From positions 1-11,589 of the forward strand of contig CAZUFC010000195.1 in NCBI GenBank assembly GCA_964619725.1: DNA of 11,589 nucleotides. Reading direction: 5' to 3'. Below are positions 1 to 6,319 of the stretch, piece after piece (positions within the stretch are counted from its first letter, which is position 1; each line of letters starts with the position of its first letter). A program made the position numbers and the translations under genes. The notes under the pieces were generated by a model. It did not search any database, had not been told where the DNA came from, and saw only the letters and a list, made by a program, of their open reading frames with translations. This DNA is from an uncultured bacterium (GTDB lineage: Bacteria; CSSED10-310; CAZUFC01).

Positions 1-278
1 GCTTGAATCTGCGGGAATCTGAACGCTCTCACTACGATTTTGTATGAGAAATCCGGGTTAGGGGGGCATACGGAACATTCGAAACAGCACTCATTTTCCA
101 TTTCTTTGGTTTCTTTTCGGCCAATACTGTTCTTCGGGCGTCCCGCTTTCATTTCATAAAAATGTTGGTAAAGATTGGTTTTTTTAATGGGGAATTTACT
201 GTAGCGATTTTTTGGGATGGGGCAAATTTAACCGGTGTTTGATCATATCCTAAATTCAAAAAAAGTTTAAAAACTCAT

Positions 279-1178
279 CTATGCGTTCTGGATATTTACA
301 GGCAGGCGGTAGGTCTGGTTCTTGTGTTTTATTTGAATGGTGTAGTTTTTTTCGGTCAGGCCGGTGAATTCGTATAGGCCACCCTGACCGGGCTGGTTTG
401 GATACTTGATTGTTTCGTTTTCTTTTAAATGGACTTGTGCTTCTTTGATGGGTCGTTCTGATTCCAGGCGTGTTGTTTTTACGGTCAGTTTTATGCCTTG
501 ATTCGTTTGGTCGAATATGGCTGAGATCGTAATGTCGTTGGCGGGATCGCTGAAGCTGGTTTGATTGCTTTTGGCGTAGCCTCTGGTTCTCACTGCGCCT
601 CTTGTGCGTATGGCTCCTGTGGTGCGTATGACTCCTGCGGCAGGCTGGAGCTGCAGGTATACTACAAAAGGAGTTTTCTGATTAATATCTTGGAATTTTC
701 TGGTTGTTATGATCTGGATATCATTTTTTAATTTCAGAATTCCTGATTTCAGGGTTTCCCATGTGCGGGATTTCTGTTTTTCCTGTTTTATAAGAGTCAT
801 GTTCGGCGCTTCGCCGAATTCTCCCTGTTCCTCTCTTATGACGAAGCTTCTTATGTCTTCGTATTCGGCTCTGCATGCCGGGCATGATTGGATATGTTCC
901 CAGAAATCGGGATGCGCTGCTTTCAGTTTCTCTTCGGGGAGTTCGGCCATTTCGAGAGGGACTTCTTGTGTGCATTCCCCGCCTGCTGCCGTTTTCAGTT
1001 GAATCGATTCTTTTATGGGGTAGAACTCATCCAGGGCATCCAGCATTTCCTTCACCGTATCAAGACATTGCCTGCATTGGGCGGCGTGACTCCAGGCATC
1101 TTTCAACTTATCCTTGTCGGCTTCGCCAGTGGACAGGTAAACTTTGAAAAAATTTCTGACCTGATTGCAGTTCATCAT
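279..1178 (-). CDS. Putative soluble zinc-binding anti-sigma factor (two ZAS/zf-HC2-like motifs) with a C-terminal beta-sandwich domain
   Basis: Two HxxxCxxC motifs (SHAAQCRQC, EHIQSCPAC), each with an upstream Cys. Its ATG overlaps the sigma factor stop (ATGA, 1175-1178). The C-terminus (PIKEAQVHL...GLYEFTGLTEKNYTIQI) resembles carboxypeptidase-regulatory/transthyretin-like folds. No hydrophobic transmembrane stretch is visible. Confidence 0.72.
   Translation of the reverse strand: MMNCNQVRNFFKVYLSTGEADKDKLKDAWSHAAQCRQCLDTVKEMLDALDEFYPIKESIQLKTAAGGECTQEVPLEMAELPEEKLKAAHPDFWEHIQSCPACRAEYEDIRSFVIREEQGEFGEAPNMTLIKQEKQKSRTWETLKSGILKLKNDIQIITTRKFQDINQKTPFVVYLQLQPAAGVIRTTGAIRTRGAVRTRGYAKSNQTSFSDPANDITISAIFDQTNQGIKLTVKTTRLESERPIKEAQVHLKENETIKYPNQPGQGGLYEFTGLTEKNYTIQIKHKNQTYRLPVNIQNA
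582..635 (-). repeat. Three imperfect 18-bp in-frame tandem repeats encoding GVIRTT-GAIRTR-GAVRTR(G)
   Basis: Plus-strand units: tctggttctcactgcgcc (582-599), tcttgtgcgtatggctcc (600-617), tgtggtgcgtatgactcc (618-635). Confidence 0.8.
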
Positions 1179-1852
1179 GCGCCCTCCTTATCGCTGTTTT
1201 TCCTGTCTGAAGCTTTACTCCCCGGATTTTTTATTTTCAGTGGGTCATATTCGCCGTATTTTCCGGCGCGGCTGACATACGTTCCCACGGTATTCCGCGG
1301 GATGCCCAGTTTAGCGCCTATCTGTTCGTAAGTTAAACCCTGCTGCCTTAGTTCGATGACTTTTTTTCTTTTTTCCCTGGTTTCGGGGTCGTATTTCTGT
1401 GAATTTTTACTCCTTATCCGGGCCCTTTTTACGTTTTTCGTCAATTCCTCGATCAATTCTATGCGTTTTTCCTGTTGAAGGAAGCGCGTATCGGGCAGAA
1501 TGTCGATTAAATTCGAATCGGGATTTTCCGGGTCGATCTGTGAAAATAATGAAATAGCGTATAATGTATTCAGTTTTTCTTTTTGTTTCGCCATTTGAAT
1601 AATCTGATTCCTGACGATTTTGTATATCCATGTCGTCAGCTTGCAACGTCCCTCGAACCTGTCGATGCCTTTCCATATTTTAAGAATGACTTCCTGGACG
1701 ATATCCTCTTTTGATGTTCCCCAAACCTTCGGAACATCCCCCATAATATTGCCGATAAGCGCCAGAACATAACGTTTTAGAGCTTCACAGGCTTCCGGCG
1801 TAAATTCAGGTTTCCCTTTTTCGGCCCACTCGTTCAAGTTAAAATAAGTCAT
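1175..1852 (-). CDS. ECF-type sigma-70 family RNA polymerase sigma factor
   Basis: Region 2: EDIVQEVILKIWKGIDRFEGRCKLTTWIYKIVRN. Region 4 HTH: GLTYEQIGAKLGIPRNTVGTYVSRA. Start placed at ATG 1852 behind GGGAGA. The ORF stays open to ATG 1999, which also has an AAGGA upstream, so the start is uncertain. Confidence 0.92.
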   Translation of the reverse strand: MTYFNLNEWAEKGKPEFTPEACEALKRYVLALIGNIMGDVPKVWGTSKEDIVQEVILKIWKGIDRFEGRCKLTTWIYKIVRNQIIQMAKQKEKLNTLYAISLFSQIDPENPDSNLIDILPDTRFLQQEKRIELIEELTKNVKRARIRSKNSQKYDPETREKRKKVIELRQQGLTYEQIGAKLGIPRNTVGTYVSRAGKYGEYDPLKIKNPGSKASDRKNSDKEGA

Positions 1853-1915
1853 AACAATATCTCCCGTCTTCTTTTTCATTTCATACTGACGGCGTTTCTT
1901 ATGAAAACCGGAAAT

Positions 1916-1945
1916 ATTATATCTCCTGTCCGGCGGGCACGTAAA
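1916..1945 (-). promoter_or_regulatory. Candidate housekeeping sigma-70 promoter for the ECF/anti-sigma pair
   Basis: Minus strand TTTACG-N18-TATAAT (perfect -10, 4/6 -35), about 60 nt upstream of ATG 1852. Confidence 0.35.
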
Positions 1946-2084
1946 GATAAAACGGAAGCTCGGTTGATTGTCAGACATGTTGACTGCTAAAAGAGTCATT
2001 TTATTTCCTTATTAATTGTATTAATTATGGCTGCGGTTTAAGTTTTCTTTTTTCTTCGTCTTGAATGAGAGCGGAAATGTCGCG

Positions 2085-2115
2085 GCCCGGGATTGCGCCA
2101 TGATCAACCCCGGGC
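2085..2115 (-). terminator. GC-rich stem-loop downstream of the pup-like gene (terminator or 3' stabiliser)
   Basis: Minus strand GCCCGGGGTTG-(9-nt loop)-CAATCCCGGGC forms an 11-bp stem. Its one imperfect pair is a G-U wobble only on the minus strand. No clear U tract follows. Confidence 0.4.
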
Positions 2116-2181
2116 TTCGACGTTCGAGTTTATTGAAAGGGGAGGACGCGTCGTTTCGGGAGATGATTTACGTTTTTTTAT

Positions 2182-2382
2182 TTATTGTCCGCCCTGTTGC
2201 CGGGCTTCTTTCAGGAACTGTCTGCTGTTTCCGGAGAGGGCTTTACTGATGGCGTGGTCTGCGGCAGTCCATATATCGTCCGATTCGTTCCTGATTTCGT
2301 CCAATGACTCGCTGTTGGGGTTTTCGTTTTCAGGCGCCGTACGATGATCATTCTGCCTGTTATTTCTCTGTTTTTGATCCAT
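2182..2382 (-). CDS. pup: Pup-like (prokaryotic ubiquitin-like protein) tag, 66 aa, C-terminal GGQ
   Basis: The C-terminus NSRQFLKEARQQGGQ has the same N-x3-F-[VL]-x4-Q-x-G-G-Q spacing as actinobacterial Pup (NAEDFVRAYVQKGGQ). The N-terminal half is polar and probably disordered. AAGGGGT lies 7 nt before ATG 2382. The gene follows a PafA/Dop homolog and an ARC ATPase. Confidence 0.85.
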   Translation of the reverse strand: MDQKQRNNRQNDHRTAPENENPNSESLDEIRNESDDIWTAADHAISKALSGNSRQFLKEARQQGGQ

Positions 2383-2460
2383 TTTTTTTACCCCTTTTAA
2401 TTCGGTTAATTTTTTTGATTCGGGTCTTCGTTCATAGCGCTCATAGATAAAGTTTAAATT

Positions 2461-2484
2461 CGACAACGACAACGATCACGATAA
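2461..2484. repeat. Short degenerate hexamer tandem (CGAnnA x4)
   Basis: cgacaa cgacaa cgatca cgataa, in the spacer upstream of the pup-like gene. Confidence 0.5.
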
Positions 2485-2717
2485 AGAATACATTTTAAAG
2501 TTCTTTGTTTTAGCACAATGATCTGTTCCTGTTATCCCGATGCCTAAGCCGCGAGAGGGGGAAGTTAAATTTCAGAGAGCGATTTTCAACACGGAAGGCT
2601 TTTATGCGTCGAATCAGCGCTTCTTTTATGGGGTTCGATATCTTCATCGGTTCTAGGACAATTGATTGGACTCTGTGTTCTTTCAATTGTCCTCCTGTAA
2701 TTGAGGGTTCCCCGTCG

Positions 2718-4616
2718 CTATGCCGGCAGGGCTTTTTTAAGGTTTGATGTTTTTCCATTATTTCTGATTTTTTGTTCCAGTATGGACATATATGCATCGT
2801 TGATGCCTGGCCTGCTTGTCGTTTCGTTTTCATTTCGTCGTAGGTGTTTTATGATGTAAAGGTTTCCGCTTGAATTTTCATCTTTAAGTTTTTCCACGAT
2901 GACTTCGAGTGATTCGTTCTGATTGAGGAGTGATTCGCATTCTTTTTTGGTGAATCTGAGGGGATCGTTCATTTTCAGTTCGCGGCGTTTGCAAGGCGAC
3001 CAGATGCTGCCGTTCGTTTTGAATTTGAACTCTATTTTATCCCAGTCTATACTTTCTATCTGTTCCGCTTCGGCTTTTCTGATCAGGTTAGCGCGCAGCC
3101 AGGCCCTGGTGTTTTCCGGCGGAGAATAGATGAATTTTTTGATGTGCCCGTTCATAACGACGCTATCGACCAGGCCCTTTTTCTGGTAAGACCAGAAAAG
3201 ACCTTCGGCGTGTTCGAGGCTTGAGTAGATATGGTCCAGGAATTTTATTTGGGGCGATTGCCAGTTGAGTTTTCTGTTGTTGTGGAGCATTCTTTTCAGG
3301 ATATTCCATTTGAGCGCCCAGTCCAGTTTACGGGAAAGCGCGTTGAAGTCTTTTTTATTGAGCAGGTCCAGCACGCCATGCCAGATACTCATTATTTCGT
3401 GCCACCGTGGAACGTATCCTTCCGCTTTACCCTGTTTGACGAATTGTCTGACTCTGTTGAAAAGAGCGTTCTGGTATTCGACGATGGTGTATTTTTGTCC
3501 GTCGATCGTTTTAGCGGTTGCGTTCAGATTCGGATCGCGACTCCATTTATGGAGGGCGTTAAGGGGATCGTCCAGGATGAGTTCGGGGAATATATGATCC
3601 TGTTCCAGCATGGCCAGGATGAGTTGAGTAACGCCGATTTTAAGGAGGCAAGCAGTCTGGCAGAGGTTATTATCGAAGAAGATGACGTGGAGTCTGGCGA
3701 GGTCGTCTGGTTTCGAGTTTGATCGGAAGTAGCTGCGGGTTCCGCAGAGCGGTTCGTCACGGCTGTTGACAATGGGACGTCTATAAGTGGTTTGTTCTCC
3801 TGCAAGAGTTTCGAAGAAGTCGGCGCGTTGCGATATCTGGTAATCGGCGTCGGGCAGGCGGTTTTCGCTGCCTGCCTTGCCTGCTCCGGTAAAGACAATG
3901 GAGCCGGCCTGGTAGGATGCCAGGAAGAGCATGTGATGGAGTTTACGTTCAAAGATGTTGTCGTAGCATCGTCTTGATACGAGGAAATTGCAATGACTGC
4001 CGTAGCTGTTGTCCTGCCCGTCGCTGTTGTTGACCAGGGCTTTAATTTTCTGTCCTGCGGGGAGTTTGGCGTTGGCATTGCGGAGGGCTTTCGCCGCAGT
4101 CAGCATCATGGCGTACCATGCGGCTACGTGATCGAACGCGCTGACGACTTCCGGCACGCAGAGTTCAAGGTGGCCCAGGTCGATGTAGGCGCAACCTCCT
4201 TTCGTCGGCAGATATTTCCGTCCCCAATCGCGCAGATTGGTCTGATGATGATATCCGTAACCGTAACCGCGATCTTGATTTCCCCGGTTATTCGACTCCT
4301 TGTGCCGTTTTGAATCAGCCGGGTCTGAAAGGCGACCGGGAGAACATGTGTGACGTTCGGGGTAAAAGGAGTCCCAACTGTCCAGTTCCGGCGTTGGGCG
4401 CTCTTCATGTTCATCGGGGTAATCGTCTGCTTCATCCCTGCAATGACCGGGAAATTCCCTCAGGAGTGCGGAGGCTGCGCGTGCGCCTGTTCCTCCGGGA
4501 AGGTCCAGTCCCTGAATAAAGTTGCCCAGTTCGATATCCGCTCCGGTAACGATGGGTCGCCCTTTGTATAGTCTGCTTTCCGGGCGCTTTTTTTTCGAGC
4601 GATCAGGCTTTTTCAT
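2718..4616 (-). CDS. PafA/Dop family protein (Pup ligase / deamidase-depupylase, carboxylate-amine ligase fold)
   Basis: Family motifs occur in order: GADIELG, GGCAYIDLGHLELCVPE, NNSDGQDNSYGSHCNFL, GAGKAG, ISQRADF, TTYRRPIVNSRDEP, RLHVIFFDNN, LDWALKW, PPENTRAWLR, IDWD, DPLR. RBS is AAGGA. Signatures are mixed between PafA and Dop, so no symbol is given. Confidence 0.92.
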   Translation of the reverse strand: MKKPDRSKKKRPESRLYKGRPIVTGADIELGNFIQGLDLPGGTGARAASALLREFPGHCRDEADDYPDEHEERPTPELDSWDSFYPERHTCSPGRLSDPADSKRHKESNNRGNQDRGYGYGYHHQTNLRDWGRKYLPTKGGCAYIDLGHLELCVPEVVSAFDHVAAWYAMMLTAAKALRNANAKLPAGQKIKALVNNSDGQDNSYGSHCNFLVSRRCYDNIFERKLHHMLFLASYQAGSIVFTGAGKAGSENRLPDADYQISQRADFFETLAGEQTTYRRPIVNSRDEPLCGTRSYFRSNSKPDDLARLHVIFFDNNLCQTACLLKIGVTQLILAMLEQDHIFPELILDDPLNALHKWSRDPNLNATAKTIDGQKYTIVEYQNALFNRVRQFVKQGKAEGYVPRWHEIMSIWHGVLDLLNKKDFNALSRKLDWALKWNILKRMLHNNRKLNWQSPQIKFLDHIYSSLEHAEGLFWSYQKKGLVDSVVMNGHIKKFIYSPPENTRAWLRANLIRKAEAEQIESIDWDKIEFKFKTNGSIWSPCKRRELKMNDPLRFTKKECESLLNQNESLEVIVEKLKDENSSGNLYIIKHLRRNENETTSRPGINDAYMSILEQKIRNNGKTSNLKKALPA

Positions 4617-4645
4617 TTTATTCCTTTCTCTCTTGCGATGCCTGG

Positions 4646-6319
4646 TTAATTGACGTTAAGCATGAGATAACGATGGGAATGCTTAACGTTTTGTTTAATG
4701 GGTTCAACGCTGACCACGTCCATATCCTGGGGGATATTCTGCAGGTAGGTATGGGCGTTATGAGGCGTAAGCGTACTTTTGAGGCGCTCCAGGGCTGATG
4801 ATACCGCATCGTTCATATCGTCCACGTCGATTCCCGTATCGCTGTTTTGCATATTGCGAAGGAATGCGGACTGTCGCGCCTGTCTGCAGACCTGTTCGAA
4901 GAGTCTGCCGCTGGCCAGTTCGGCTGCCTTGACTTTGCGTGTTTTGCCGTTTCTGAACTTGACCACGCTGAGTTCATTATGTCCGTTGGGGCTGTAGAAT
5001 CGGGATACCGCTGTTTCGATCATTTTCTTTCTGGTGACGGATTTGGATGTTCCGTTGGACTGGTATCTCAGTTCAGGGGGAAGGTGTATCTCGAAGATGG
5101 CCCTGGCCGCTTCCATATTGGGGCGGTCGACCTGAATTTCGAGGTCGGATAATCGTTCGAGCAGAGCGGGATCGATCAGGTCTTTGCGGTTTGTAGCTGC
5201 GATGACGGCTACGTTTCCCCGGTCGGAGAATCCGTCCATTTCGGCCAGCAGCGTTGCCAGGAACCTGTCGGAATGAGCGCCTGATAAGCCGCCTCTAATG
5301 CGTCCGATAGATTCGATTTCATCCAGGAATAAAACGGTCGGTCCTTCCAGGGAAGCCTTGTGAAGAGCTTTGAAGCAGTTCCTGATGTTGGCTTCGGTAA
5401 CCCCTACCCAGGGACTCTGCCATTCGCCCGGTTTGACCACTCCGAAACGGCAGCGCTGTCCGCTGATACGACTCACTTCTGAAGCCGCCACCCTGGCCAT
5501 CAGCGTTTTACCGCAGCCTGGAGGACCGACCATGAGTATTGTCATGCGCCCTTTGATGCCGAATTCGGCGGCTTTGTCGGGATTGATCAGCGAAGCGGTC
5601 AGGTAACCCAGCAGCGTGTTCATCTGCCCATCCTGGCCTCCAACGTTTTCACGTCCTATATCCGGCAACTCCTCCAGAATGAATTCTTTTCCCTGGCTCT
5701 GCTCAATTTTTTCGAAAGCCAGCCACGAATTCCGGTCCCACCTGACTTCATCCCCTGATTTCAACATTACATCATTCAAGGTCGCCGCTTTATCGACTAT
5801 TACTTCCTCATCCCGGCAACGCAGCGCCATGCGGCCGTCTTGAAGATAACGATCAAACATGGCCGTCTCCCCGAAATGCGAAGAATCATTTTTCGATTTC
5901 CCTATGATGATGTTAAGGTCTTTCGACAGGAATACCTCGTCACCTGTATGCAGATCATCAAGATTCAACTGGTCATCTGTATCAACCAGTCGTCTGGAGC
6001 TGTTCCAGACCACTACGGCCCTCCGTCCGTGCGACGTATCCTCCGCATGCAAAAACCGGGCGGTATGCCAGGGGGGCGACGTCAGCTTATCCACCAGACT
6101 CTTGCATTTTTTGAGACTGTCGCGGGCGTTTTCAAGTCCCCTGTTCATTTCTTCTATGGCCGTCAGCAAATATTCATCAAGTCCCTGACTCATTTCAGCG
6201 GATTGCAGCCTAAGGTCCTGAGCGAATTTAACTTTTTGCTGCATGGTGGGCGCATTTTGTCCTACAGTCTTCAACAGCCGTAATTCCGGTATGCTGTTAA
6301 TGTTCTTCGGCGTCGTCAT
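4646..6319 (-). CDS. arc: ARC/Mpa-type proteasomal AAA+ ATPase
   Basis: N-terminal coiled coil ending KLTSPP (cf. Mpa RLGQPP), two OB-like segments (LHTGDEV, LKSGDEVRWD...AFEKI), LEELPD...VGG, Walker A GPPGCGKT, pore loop PWVG, Walker B VLFLDE, sensor-1 AATNRKDLIDPAL, and the ARC-type hairpin VKFRNGKTRKV before SGRLFEQV. Confidence 0.9.
   Translation of the reverse strand: MTTPKNINSIPELRLLKTVGQNAPTMQQKVKFAQDLRLQSAEMSQGLDEYLLTAIEEMNRGLENARDSLKKCKSLVDKLTSPPWHTARFLHAEDTSHGRRAVVVWNSSRRLVDTDDQLNLDDLHTGDEVFLSKDLNIIIGKSKNDSSHFGETAMFDRYLQDGRMALRCRDEEVIVDKAATLNDVMLKSGDEVRWDRNSWLAFEKIEQSQGKEFILEELPDIGRENVGGQDGQMNTLLGYLTASLINPDKAAEFGIKGRMTILMVGPPGCGKTLMARVAASEVSRISGQRCRFGVVKPGEWQSPWVGVTEANIRNCFKALHKASLEGPTVLFLDEIESIGRIRGGLSGAHSDRFLATLLAEMDGFSDRGNVAVIAATNRKDLIDPALLERLSDLEIQVDRPNMEAARAIFEIHLPPELRYQSNGTSKSVTRKKMIETAVSRFYSPNGHNELSVVKFRNGKTRKVKAAELASGRLFEQVCRQARQSAFLRNMQNSDTGIDVDDMNDAVSSALERLKSTLTPHNAHTYLQNIPQDMDVVSVEPIKQNVKHSHRYLMLNVN

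Noticed and set aside
1-101. Possible minus-strand ORF start (MENECCFECSVC...) running off the left edge
   Set aside because: Only 33 codons are visible and there is no good RBS, so it cannot be supported.
2182-2382. UBact assignment for the small tag
   Set aside because: The C-terminus is QQGGQ with Pup-type spacing, not R[ST]G[EQ].
2383-2472. 30-aa N-terminal extension of the Pup-like ORF (96-aa call in the ORF track)
   Set aside because: It starts at TTG inside the hexamer tandem without a clear RBS. ATG 2382 has an RBS and gives a Pup-sized protein.
2510-2833. 107-aa minus-strand ORF
   Set aside because: It overlaps the ligase 3' end by 116 nt and has no clear RBS or recognisable motif. 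It cannot be fully excluded.
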